IMG/VR virus record: IMGVR_UViG_3300023218_000192
Location: 1-33,982 of that record
Reading direction: 5' to 3' (one strand)
Length of the DNA stretch: 33,982 bases
Source of the DNA: a virus
Lineage: Duplodnaviria; Caudoviricetes
In this document: one piece after another, positions 17,769-25,874 of the stretch
Numbering within the stretch: the first letter of the stretch is position 1
How the letters are laid out: each line of letters opens with the position of its first letter
Translations under genes and position numbers: made by a program
Notes under the pieces: generated by a model
What the model was told of the DNA's origin: nothing
The model's database searches: none
What the model saw: the letters and a program-made list of their open reading frames with translations, nothing else

Positions 17769-17781
17769 CTACCTACCGGCG
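17769..17781 (+). promoter_or_regulatory. Late box copy 8, CTACCTACCGGCG
   Basis: Fills the entire 13-nt intergenic gap; ATG at 17782. Confidence 0.78.
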
Positions 17782-18225
17782 ATGATCGAGGCCGCCCTGG
17801 TTCAGCTCGTGCAGGCGGACCCGGACCTCTCGGCCGCGGTCGGCATGCGGGTCCACCCGGCGACGGTGCCGTGGCCCGCCCGGCTCGGCGGGGCCGACGC
17901 GCTGCCGCGGGTCACGTTCCAGCGGGTCGGCACCACGCGGCGCCAGCACAACGGCGGCCCGATCGCCACGGCCTCGGCGCGCATCGACTGGAACGTCTGG
18001 GCGACGACGCACGCGCAGGCCCGCGAGCTGGCCGACAAGCTCCGCGAGCTGCTCGACGGCCGGACCGGCGTCTGGGACGTCGCGGGCATCGGCCGGATCC
18101 GCCTCCGCAGCTCGATCGTCGACGGCGACGTGGAGCGGCGGGGCGACGAGGTCAAGGGCCGCGAGACCGTGACGCAGGGCGTGACGCTCGAGCAGCGTGC
18201 GCAGTGGGACGAGCCGGCTACCTAG
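17782..18225 (+). CDS. Tail terminator/completion protein (DUF3168-like)
   Basis: Position, plus 'LPRVTFQRV', 'NVWATT..QARELADKLRELLDG'. Confidence 0.8.
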   Translation: MIEAALVQLVQADPDLSAAVGMRVHPATVPWPARLGGADALPRVTFQRVGTTRRQHNGGPIATASARIDWNVWATTHAQARELADKLRELLDGRTGVWDVAGIGRIRLRSSIVDGDVERRGDEVKGRETVTQGVTLEQRAQWDEPAT

Positions 18226-18230
18226 CGGCG
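18218..18230 (+). promoter_or_regulatory. Late box copy 9 (upstream of the tail tube gene, with a leader of about 40 nt)
   Basis: Exact 13-mer that supplies the TAG stop of the tail terminator gene. It is the only copy not abutting a start codon. Confidence 0.72.
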
Positions 18231-18271
18231 ACGCGGGTCGCCCGCGGCCCAGCCCCCACACCCCCGCCCCC

Positions 18272-18730
18272 ATGCCCGACACCACCGGATTCGGCTCCAA
18301 GGTCCAGTACAGCACCGACGACGGCACGACGTGGATCGACGTCGCCCAGACGCGCGACGTGAGCTTCACCGGCTCGGAGGTCGGCGTCGTCGACGTCGTG
18401 CACAACGACCTGGCCAACGCCACCAAGGGCAAGCGGCCGGGGATGATGGACCCGCAGTCGCAGGAGCTGCCGATCGTCTACGACAAGGCCCAGGCGGCGG
18501 CGCTGACGACGCTCAAGGCGTCGCGGGCGATCAACAAGTGGCGCGTCCTCGTGCCCGACGGCCCCAACGGCGTGGCCGACCTGGCCGAGGACCCGCCGGT
18601 CGGGTCGAAGTGGGCGTTCGACGGGTTCGTGACCGGGCTCGAGTACGAGAGCGAGACCGAGGACGGGCTCTGGGAGGGCAGCCTCACGCTGCAGGTGAGC
18701 GGTAACGAGACTTTTACGCCGGCGGCGTGA
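18272..18730 (+). CDS. Major tail tube protein
   Basis: Position, plus 'GKRPGMMDP', 'WAFDGFVTG', 'LTLQVSG'. Confidence 0.85.
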   Translation: MPDTTGFGSKVQYSTDDGTTWIDVAQTRDVSFTGSEVGVVDVVHNDLANATKGKRPGMMDPQSQELPIVYDKAQAAALTTLKASRAINKWRVLVPDGPNGVADLAEDPPVGSKWAFDGFVTGLEYESETEDGLWEGSLTLQVSGNETFTPAA

Positions 18731-18798
18731 CGCCGCCCGACGACGACCCGCCACTCGACCCGCCATCAGACCCGATCGACCCCGGCCCCGCGTAGCCC

Positions 18799-19167
18799 AT
18801 GCAGAGCATCACCGACCGCGTCCTCGCCGCCGCCCGCCGCCGGGAGACGTACGACTTCGGCGGCGAGGCCGTCGAGGTCCGCGAGCTCACCAACGCCGAG
18901 GTCGCGGCCCTGCAGGGCGGGCTCAAGGGCCTGGCCGAGGTCGACCAGGCCTACGAGCTCATCGCCGCCAGCGTCGTCACGCCCGACGGCGATCGCGTCT
19001 TCCCCGATCGCCAGGTCGTCGCCGAGCTGCCGCCGCGGCACATCGAGCCGCTCGCGGAGCTCGCCGCCCGCGTCAACGGCATCGCCTTCGGCAAGAAGAC
19101 CCCCGCGACCGCCAAGAAGGCGGCGAAGAAGCCGGCGGGAAAGCCTCGGCCGCGGCGCACGCGCTAG
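18799..19167 (+). CDS. Tail assembly chaperone (gpG-like)
   Basis: Lies between the tube and tape measure genes; 'VEVRELT', 'SVVTPDGDRVF'; slippery site near the end. Confidence 0.82.
   Translation: MQSITDRVLAAARRRETYDFGGEAVEVRELTNAEVAALQGGLKGLAEVDQAYELIAASVVTPDGDRVFPDRQVVAELPPRHIEPLAELAARVNGIAFGKKTPATAKKAAKKPAGKPRPRRTR
19137..19143 (+). other. -1 programmed frameshift site G GGA AAG
   Basis: Same heptamer as the lambda G/T site, in the correct codon phase (GGA at 19138, AAG at 19141). Confidence 0.88.
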
Positions 19168-19505
19168 CCGCGGACCCCTGGCGGCGGTTCCAGTTCCGCC
19201 TGTGCCTCGAGCTGGGCTGCCCGCACCCCGACGTCCTCGACGCAACGCTCACGCCCCGCCAGCTGGCGGAGTGGTCGGCCTACTTCGAGGTCGCGCCCTT
19301 CGGCCCGGAGAGGATCGAAAACGCGCAGGCCCTGACGACGTGGGCCGTCCTGCAGAAGGGGGCGAAGAAGCGGCTCGACCCGAAGCAATTCGTGCCGCGG
19401 TACGGCCCGCCGCCGCCACCGCCGTCGCCGGCCGAGCTGGCGGCGAAGATCCGGGCCCAGGTGGAGGCCCGCGGCGGCCGAGTCGTGCCGGCCGGCGCTA
19501 CCTAG
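19143..19505 (+). CDS. gpT-like frameshift extension of the tail chaperone (absent from the ORF track)
   Basis: The -1 frame is open: '...DPWRRFQFRLCLELGCPHPDVLDATLTPRQLAEWSAYFEVAPFG...PAGAT*'. It stops at the TAG in late box copy 10. Confidence 0.85.
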   Translation, partial: ASAAAHALAADPWRRFQFRLCLELGCPHPDVLDATLTPRQLAEWSAYFEVAPFGPERIENAQALTTWAVLQKGAKKRLDPKQFVPRYGPPPPPPSPAELAAKIRAQVEARGGRVVPAGAT

Positions 19506-19510
19506 CGGCG
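19498..19510 (+). promoter_or_regulatory. Late box copy 10
   Basis: Exact 13-mer; tape measure GTG at 19510. Confidence 0.8.
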
Positions 19511-22188
19511 TGGCGACGCAGCTGGACACGCTCACCGTCGGCCTGCGCGGCCTGGCCCGCGGGTTCAAGGCCGACATGGACCGGTCGATCGGCCACCTGC
19601 GCAATTTCACCCGACGCGCGCAGGGCATCCTCGCCAAGGGCCTGAAGTTCACGGGGATCGGGGCCGGCCTCACCGCCGCGGTCGGGGCGCTCACCGCCGT
19701 CGGCCGCGGGTTCAGCATCGCCGGCCAGCTCGAGCAGGACCAAGTGGCGTTCGCCCAGCTCATCGGCTCGGCCGACGCCGCGGCGACGCACATCGCCGAC
19801 CTGAAGGCCTTCGCCGCCTCCACGCCGTTCCAGCTGCCCGGCCTCGTCTCGACGTCGCGGCAGCTGCTGGCGTTCGGGTTCAGCCAGGAGGAGCAGATCC
19901 CCCTCCTGAAACAGCTCGGCGACGTCGCCGCCGGCACCGGCAGCGACCTCGGCGAGCTCGGCACGATCTTCGGCCAGGTCGCGGCGGCCGGGAAGCTCAC
20001 CGGCGAGCGGCTCCTGCAGTTCCAGGAGCGGGGCGTGCCGATCGGCCCGGCGCTGGCCAAGTCGCTCGGCGTCGCGGAGTCGGCGCTGCCGGGACTGGTG
20101 AGCCAGGGGAAGGTGTCGGCGGAGCAGTTCCAGGCGGCGTTCCGTCAGATGGCCGAGACGGACTTTGCCGGCCTCATGGAGAAACAGAGCCGCACGCTGT
20201 TCGGCCGGCTCTCGACGCTCTCGGACAACCTCGGCCTCGCCTTGGCCGACGCGACCGGGGCCGCCCTCGAGGCGATCCGGTTCGGCGACCTCGTCGACAT
20301 GACCACGCGGGCGGTCCAGGCGGCCGGCGCCGCGGTCACGGCTGGCGTCCAGCGGATCACGCCGGTCGTGCAGGCGGTCATCGCCCGGCTCGCCGCGGCG
20401 GGCCGGTGGATCGCCGAGGGCTGGGCGGTCGTCGGGCCGATCCTCGGCCGGGTCGCGTCGGGCCTGGCGGGCGTGCTCGCCGCCGTCGGCGGTGTGGCCG
20501 CCCTGGGCGTTGCCGTCGCCGGCGTCGCCGCGGCCCTCACCGTCGCGGCCGGCATCGCCGCCGCCGTGGGCTCGGCCGTCCTGTCGCTCGCCGCAACGGC
20601 TGCGCCGGTGCTCGCCGTCCTGGCCGCCGTCGGGGCCGGGGTCTACGCCGCCGTCCGGTCGCTCGGCGGTTTCGGCCCGGCCATCGAGCAGCTCAAGGGC
20701 TGGTGGGCGTCGCTGCGGGCCTTCGTGGGCGGGATCCTCGCGTCGATCGCGACCGTGTTCCGCGAGCGGTGGCAGGGGATGCTCGAGACGGCCGTGTCGC
20801 TGGGAATGGCGGTCTACGAGACTGTGGCAGCGGTGTTCGGCGCGGTCTGGGGCGTCGTGCAGGCGGTCGGCGCCGGCATCGGCTCGGCCTGGCGGTGGGC
20901 GATGCGGCTCGTCGGCGTCGAGTCGACCTCGGCCGCCGAGACGACCGGCTCGGCCTTCGCCTGGATCGTTGACGCCGCCACCTCGCTCAGCGAGAAGGTG
21001 ACGCTGGCGGCCCGCGTGTTCAGCTTCGGGCTCAACCACATCGGCACCGTCGCCGACTACGTCGGGGCGAAAGTCGCCCACTTCTTCGTCCGGCTGGGCA
21101 ACCTCGCCGCCCACTGGCTCGGCGTCGGCATCGAGCACGTGAAGTGGTTCGCCCGGAACTTCACGAGCCTCCTCCGCGACCAGTTCCTGGCGAACGTGAC
21201 GATCGCCAAGAACGGCATCCGGAACATCGCCGCGGTCATCGCCAACCTGCCGTCGCTGATCGCCGGACGGGTGACGCTCGACGACGTCACGGTACCGCTT
21301 CTGGAAGGGTTCGAGGCGACGGCCGAGGCCCTGCCAGAGATCGCCGAGCGGGTGCCGGGTGCGCTTGAGCAGGCCCTGGCCGACGACGCCGACCGGATTG
21401 GCGAGAAGCTCGGCACCGGGCTCGCCGGGCACCTGGCGGAGCGCGAGGCCGAGGCCGGCCGCGTGGCCGACGGGATCGCCGACGCCCTGGGCGGGGCGTT
21501 CGCCGGCGCGGAGGACGTGCCGGCCCCCGAGCTCGAGGAGGCCGCTGCGGCCGATCCGCCGGAGCTTGGCGTCGCCCCGGTCGCGGTCGATCCGATCGAC
21601 CAGGCCGTCGCGGTCGAGGAGCCCGAGGCCCCGGAGCTGCCGGACATGTCGACGACGATCGAGACGGACGTCGAGCCGCCGCCGCTCAACGCCTTCGACT
21701 CGGCCGAGGAGCAGCTCATGCGGCTCCAGGCGATGGCGAAGGCCCGGCTCGCGCCCGACGCCATCGCCCCCGACGAGGCGACGCCGGACGACCAGGGCCC
21801 GTTCCGCACGATGCTCGACGGGGCGGCCAGGGCCGGCCGTGAGGCGATGGAGCGGGTGAGGGCGGGCGTCGGCCGCCTCGAGCTGCGCGACGCCGCAGCG
21901 GGGCTCTCACGCGTCCTCGGCGGGGGCGGGATCGCGGCAGGCCTTGGCTCTCTCGTCGCGGCGGGTCTGCCGGGGTCGTCCGGACCCACGTCCCCCGGCG
22001 GCGGCGTCGCGATCGCCGTCCCCGCCGGGCCCGACGCCCCGGAGTTCCAGGCCCCGCGGCAGCCGCGCGGCGTGCAGGACGTCCTCGAGTCGATCGCCCG
22101 CGAGCAGCTCGTCGAGCAGCGGAGGTCGGCCCAGAGCCTCGAGCGGATCGAGCGTCGCGGCCGCGACGACGTGGTGGTCGACCTCTGA
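19510..22188 (+). CDS. Tape measure protein
   Basis: 892 aa, Ala/Gly-rich, with tape-measure domain 'FAASTPFQL...QLLAFG...LGDVAAG...GKLTGE.LLQFQERGVP'. Confidence 0.93.
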   Translation: MATQLDTLTVGLRGLARGFKADMDRSIGHLRNFTRRAQGILAKGLKFTGIGAGLTAAVGALTAVGRGFSIAGQLEQDQVAFAQLIGSADAAATHIADLKAFAASTPFQLPGLVSTSRQLLAFGFSQEEQIPLLKQLGDVAAGTGSDLGELGTIFGQVAAAGKLTGERLLQFQERGVPIGPALAKSLGVAESALPGLVSQGKVSAEQFQAAFRQMAETDFAGLMEKQSRTLFGRLSTLSDNLGLALADATGAALEAIRFGDLVDMTTRAVQAAGAAVTAGVQRITPVVQAVIARLAAAGRWIAEGWAVVGPILGRVASGLAGVLAAVGGVAALGVAVAGVAAALTVAAGIAAAVGSAVLSLAATAAPVLAVLAAVGAGVYAAVRSLGGFGPAIEQLKGWWASLRAFVGGILASIATVFRERWQGMLETAVSLGMAVYETVAAVFGAVWGVVQAVGAGIGSAWRWAMRLVGVESTSAAETTGSAFAWIVDAATSLSEKVTLAARVFSFGLNHIGTVADYVGAKVAHFFVRLGNLAAHWLGVGIEHVKWFARNFTSLLRDQFLANVTIAKNGIRNIAAVIANLPSLIAGRVTLDDVTVPLLEGFEATAEALPEIAERVPGALEQALADDADRIGEKLGTGLAGHLAEREAEAGRVADGIADALGGAFAGAEDVPAPELEEAAAADPPELGVAPVAVDPIDQAVAVEEPEAPELPDMSTTIETDVEPPPLNAFDSAEEQLMRLQAMAKARLAPDAIAPDEATPDDQGPFRTMLDGAARAGREAMERVRAGVGRLELRDAAAGLSRVLGGGGIAAGLGSLVAAGLPGSSGPTSPGGGVAIAVPAGPDAPEFQAPRQPRGVQDVLESIAREQLVEQRRSAQSLERIERRGRDDVVVDL

Positions 22189-22200
22189 TGCCGCCCGGCG

Positions 22201-22213
22201 CTACCTAGCGGCG
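22201..22213 (+). promoter_or_regulatory. Late box copy 11
   Basis: Exact 13-mer; GTG at 22213. Confidence 0.8.
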
Positions 22214-23061
22214 TGGCGATCGTCGCGCACGAGCAGGGACACCTCGAGGAGCTGACGATCTCGGCCGACGTGTCGGCGTGGTCCGGCGTGAAATCGTTCG
22301 ACGTCGCCGATGACGCCGATCCCACGGTCGCGTTCGACGCGGTCGCGGCGCTCGCGGCGACCGGGCTCCCCGCGATCGGCGACGCCTGGCCGGGGATCTC
22401 GCGGCTGCGGGTGAGGACCCTCGCCCCCAAGTGCGTGTCCGATGCGCGCAACCAGTGGCAGGTCGAGGCATCCTACGGCGTCTTCGAGGCCAACCCGCTC
22501 ACCGAGCCCGCGACCTTCGAGTGGGACTTCGGCACGTCGACCGAGACCTATGCGTTCGACTTCAGCGACCCGCCCGTCCCGGTCGTCAACTCCGCCGGCG
22601 AGCCCTTCGCCGAGCTGCCGCGACGCCTGGCGGGCGAGATCCGCTGCACGATCACCAAGAACGTCTCGGGATTCGACGCCGCGGCCGCGGAGGCGGTCAA
22701 CCGCACGGTCAACAGCGCCAGCGTGAGCATCGACGGCGAGACGTTCGGCCCCCGCCAGGTGCTCATCCACGGCGTCGGCTGCGGGTCGCCGCAGGAGCGG
22801 AACGGCGTCGTGTTCCGCCAGCTCAAGCACGTCGTCGGGATCCGGGCCGCCACCTGGGACGACGTCCTGGCCGACCGCGGCTACCACGAACTCGACGGCT
22901 CGGGCGGACTCCGCGAGATACGCAAGGGCACGCCGCCGGTCCGCGTGGAGCAGCCCTGGCCGCTGGACGGCAGCGGGGCGGCGAAGGCCAACGCGACCGA
23001 CGAGCCGGCGAAGGGCACGTTCTACCCGTACCGACTCGCCTCCCACGGGGGGCGATGGTGA
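22213..23061 (+). CDS. Putative distal tail / tail-tip protein
   Basis: First gene after the tape measure and beta-rich. The call is by synteny only. Confidence 0.6.
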   Translation: MAIVAHEQGHLEELTISADVSAWSGVKSFDVADDADPTVAFDAVAALAATGLPAIGDAWPGISRLRVRTLAPKCVSDARNQWQVEASYGVFEANPLTEPATFEWDFGTSTETYAFDFSDPPVPVVNSAGEPFAELPRRLAGEIRCTITKNVSGFDAAAAEAVNRTVNSASVSIDGETFGPRQVLIHGVGCGSPQERNGVVFRQLKHVVGIRAATWDDVLADRGYHELDGSGGLREIRKGTPPVRVEQPWPLDGSGAAKANATDEPAKGTFYPYRLASHGGRW

Positions 23062-23513
23062 GCCGCGCGACCTTTACGCCATCGACCGCGCGCCGGATCG
23101 CTGCGGCGGTGCGGGTCGTCGAGGCGACCTCGCGCGAGGGCGAGCCGCGCGACGCGGTGCCGACGGCCCGGCGGCCGGCCTCGACGTACACGTTCCTCGC
23201 GCGGCTCACGTCGGCCGGGGCGACGTACGGGTTCGAGGAGGTCTACAAGGCCTCGGCCGGCGACTCGGGCTGGACGGCGGTTCCGGACGGCGTCACAGGG
23301 ACAGCGCGGAACGGGGTAGCCGGGGCGACGCTCGAGGTCGATGACGTGGTCGTCGTCCAATGGGTTCCGGTCGCGGGCGAAGATGACGGCGAGTACTGGT
23401 TCGTCGGCGGCGGCGGGGTCGACGGCACTGCAATCCCGGAACCCAACCAAGAGGGCGTCTACCTGCGCGGCAATGCCTCCGGCAGCGTCTATTGGGATTA
23501 CCCGTACGTCTGA
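23055..23513 (+). CDS. Putative tail-tip protein
   Basis: ATG at 23055 overlaps the previous gene; 'MVSRATFTPSTARRIAAAVRVVE'. The call is by synteny. Confidence 0.55.
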   Translation: MVSRATFTPSTARRIAAAVRVVEATSREGEPRDAVPTARRPASTYTFLARLTSAGATYGFEEVYKASAGDSGWTAVPDGVTGTARNGVAGATLEVDDVVVVQWVPVAGEDDGEYWFVGGGGVDGTAIPEPNQEGVYLRGNASGSVYWDYPYV

Positions 23514-24964
23514 TGAGCACACCAGTCAGCAACCCGGTCACGGTCCCGCCCTGCGCGCTGTCCTTGCAGGAGATCCGCAGGATTGCCGACAGGTGGAACG
23601 ACGAAGTGCTGCCGGTGTTCAACCGATACGAGGAGATCCTCTACTGGCTCAACAGGGTGCCGACCTCCACTCCGCTCACCGTTCACTCAGAAATCGGCCC
23701 GTCCCCCGTTCTTTTGGAAAGCGTGCTGGGCGACATTCTCAGCGCCCGGATTACGTGGTCTAGAGACACTCGACGCGCGCCATGGATCACGCCTGTCGGA
23801 ACCCTCCAAAACGCCTTGGCCGACCCGTCGACCATCTCTGGCACCGTCGACCATTTTCGCGAACTGTCATTCTTTCGCGACTATCCTTACGGCCACGCCG
23901 TTTGGCCAGGAGGCGCGGACTCGGCCGGCCGGCTCGCCGGCTTGACCAACTGGGGGACAGCCGACGGCGACGACTACTACACCTACACCGGCGTGGACCT
24001 GGTCGCATTCTTCGACTATGGCGTTGATCTGGCCGACGGTCCACCGCAGACGATTCCCGCACACACGGAATCGGACTGGAACGGCATCTCCGGCGTTTAC
24101 CACCGAGGCGATCCCTCAGTGACACGCACCGACGCCCCGCCATACACCCGGCTTAGCAGCGGAACGCTTGCTCGGCTCAACGAAACGAGCCCCTACGTCT
24201 ACGAGCTTGTCGCCGGCAACTGGCAACTCGTCGGCAGCGGCAAGCCGGCCAGCCTCATTGCGGTGCCGGTCGGATCTAAGGTTGTGGGCGACTTTACGAT
24301 CGACGAAATCCTAGGGGTGTTCGGTCTCCTCCAACGGTGCTACAACACTGGCGTTGCCAGCGTCGCGGTCGTAGAAGACGACTCGGTTGGTGGTGGCGAA
24401 GCCATTCCGACCGCCGGCAATGACGACACCTACGCGACGCAACAACTGGCAGAGGACGCGGCAGAGGCTGAGGCTAACGACAGCGGGCCAGGCAATGTCG
24501 CCCTGGCAGCGTTGAGGACGTTCAGCAACGGCAACTGGCAGGCGGAGATGACTCTTGTGACCGCTGGCGTCACAATTACTGATCAAGGCTTGGTGGACCC
24601 CGCGCTCGGTTCGGGATGCGCCGTGTTTGCTCGCGCACCCGAGCAGATTGGAACTCAGATCTCTGGCCTCCCGGCAAACCGCCACACCAGAATGGGAATC
24701 CCCCCTCCGTTCTGGGGTGTAGGGACAAACTGGCAGTACGTCGACACCGCCGGGCTTACGTTTCCTGCAGAATACAAGTTGATCGAAGACAAGTTCATCG
24801 GCTGGCCGACGATTGACAGCGAGCGTGGCACCCAGGAAACGCTGTGGTCGATTGGCATGACGCGAAGGTGGCCGTCCTATATCGAATGCATCGTCTTCTC
24901 GCCGCCGACGGTGCCTGATCTGTTGACCCCACCCGACGACACGATCGGCGGCGGTACGTCGTAG
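23513..24964 (+). CDS. Putative receptor-binding / tail protein with atypical, lower GC
   Basis: TGATG coupling, T/G/S/aromatic-rich composition, and many A/T-ending codons unlike its neighbours. Confidence 0.55.
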   Translation: MSTPVSNPVTVPPCALSLQEIRRIADRWNDEVLPVFNRYEEILYWLNRVPTSTPLTVHSEIGPSPVLLESVLGDILSARITWSRDTRRAPWITPVGTLQNALADPSTISGTVDHFRELSFFRDYPYGHAVWPGGADSAGRLAGLTNWGTADGDDYYTYTGVDLVAFFDYGVDLADGPPQTIPAHTESDWNGISGVYHRGDPSVTRTDAPPYTRLSSGTLARLNETSPYVYELVAGNWQLVGSGKPASLIAVPVGSKVVGDFTIDEILGVFGLLQRCYNTGVASVAVVEDDSVGGGEAIPTAGNDDTYATQQLAEDAAEAEANDSGPGNVALAALRTFSNGNWQAEMTLVTAGVTITDQGLVDPALGSGCAVFARAPEQIGTQISGLPANRHTRMGIPPPFWGVGTNWQYVDTAGLTFPAEYKLIEDKFIGWPTIDSERGTQETLWSIGMTRRWPSYIECIVFSPPTVPDLLTPPDDTIGGGTS

Positions 24965-25032
24965 CGGCGACCCTTAGCCGCCAGGGCGGCCCCTGCGCGC
25001 AAGCGAGCCGCTCGTGAGGTAGCCTGCGCGCC

Positions 25033-25413
25033 GTGCGTCGCATCCAAGGCCTCCCCGCCGTCATCCTGCTCGTCGCCCTCGCGTTCGCGGCCTGGTGGCT
25101 GATCTTCGGCCGCCACGTCGGTGCCGTCGAGCTCGAGGAGCGTGTTCACAAGGTCGCCGCCGCCGCCGTCGTCGACAAGCTCAGTAGCGGTTACGGGCAG
25201 GGCCGCATCGTCGAGGGCACGACCGAGATCCTGGAGCCTAAGGGCCCGGCAACGCACGGCGCCTTCGCCGGGGAAAGCTACGAGGCGCGGGGGCTCATGC
25301 GGGTCGATGTCGGGGTGCAGGTGCTCCGCGTGCGGTACACGACGCTCGTCCTCGTCGATGGCGGCGACGTGGTGCCGATCGAGAGCACGGTGAACCTGAG
25401 CGGGACGGAGTGA
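25033..25413 (+). CDS. Membrane-anchored moron protein
   Basis: N-terminal TM 'AVILLVALAFAAWWLIF'. A TAGCCT (-10-like) hexamer at 25020 lies 7 nt before the GTG. Confidence 0.6.
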   Translation: MRRIQGLPAVILLVALAFAAWWLIFGRHVGAVELEERVHKVAAAAVVDKLSSGYGQGRIVEGTTEILEPKGPATHGAFAGESYEARGLMRVDVGVQVLRVRYTTLVLVDGGDVVPIESTVNLSGTE

Positions 25414-25423
25414 CGGCCGCCGG

Positions 25424-25436
25424 CTACCTAGCGGCG
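25424..25436 (+). promoter_or_regulatory. Late box copy 12
   Basis: Exact 13-mer; GTG at 25436. Confidence 0.8.
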
Positions 25437-25837
25437 TGCCGCCGCTGCAGACCGTCCACGACGCCACGAGCCGGATCTACGGCGTGTCGCGGTCCGAGCG
25501 GCGGCTCGCCGACGTCTCCGCCGAAGGCCTCGAAGCCCTCGCCCGCGTCGAGACGGCGGCCGGGATCGTCGTGCCCGCTGCCGTGACGGCCGTCGAGGTC
25601 TTCGTCGACCGCGACGGCGCCCAGGCGATCACGCCCGCCGAGCCCGACGTGGCCGACGTCGTCTTCGCCGCCCCGGCCGTGGCGGACGGCTGGACCCGCG
25701 ACGGGATCGGCCGCAACCTCGCCGTCAGCGTGCCCGCCGCGGCGTTCGCCACCGGCGGGAGCTACACAATCACCGCCCGGCTCACGCTCGACGCCGGCGG
25801 GACACTGGACGTGGTGTGGCTGGTCTACGTGGCGTGA
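25436..25837 (+). CDS. Hypothetical late protein (beta-rich, possible virion component)
   Basis: Starts directly at a late box and is the last late gene. Confidence 0.65.
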   Translation: MPPLQTVHDATSRIYGVSRSERRLADVSAEGLEALARVETAAGIVVPAAVTAVEVFVDRDGAQAITPAEPDVADVVFAAPAVADGWTRDGIGRNLAVSVPAAAFATGGSYTITARLTLDAGGTLDVVWLVYVA

Positions 25838-25839
25838 GC

Positions 25840-25867
25840 TTGCGGCGACGCATGCGTCGCCTATGCT
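25840..25867 (+). promoter_or_regulatory. Sigma70-type promoter with a palindromic operator
   Basis: TTGCGG-N16-TATGCT with ATG 7 nt downstream. Perfect 18-bp palindrome GGCGACGCATGCGTCGCC at 25844-25861. Confidence 0.6.
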
Positions 25868-25874
25868 TGCTCGC

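Noticed and set aside
6814-21432. Long minus-strand ORFs (e.g. 6814-8535, 10978-12819, 13902-15878, 19498-21432)
   Set aside because: Shadow ORFs caused by high GC3 on the opposite strand of clearly identifiable genes. Several end at the CTAG within the late box simply because stops are rare.
23513-24964. Diversity-generating retroelement or invertible tail-fibre cassette
   Set aside because: No reverse transcriptase, invertase, TR/VR pair or flanking inverted repeats were seen.
24958-24970. GTCGTAGCGGCG resembling the 3' half of the late box at the stop of the putative RBP gene
   Set aside because: It lacks CTACC and has no adjacent start codon. It could be a relic but is not counted.
5400-25436. 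CTACCTAGCGGCG repeats as a CRISPR array, REP element or Shine-Dalgarno variant
   Set aside because: The copies are dispersed at gene starts without regular spacers, are not palindromic, and are not complementary to the canonical anti-SD CCUCC. No cas genes are present.
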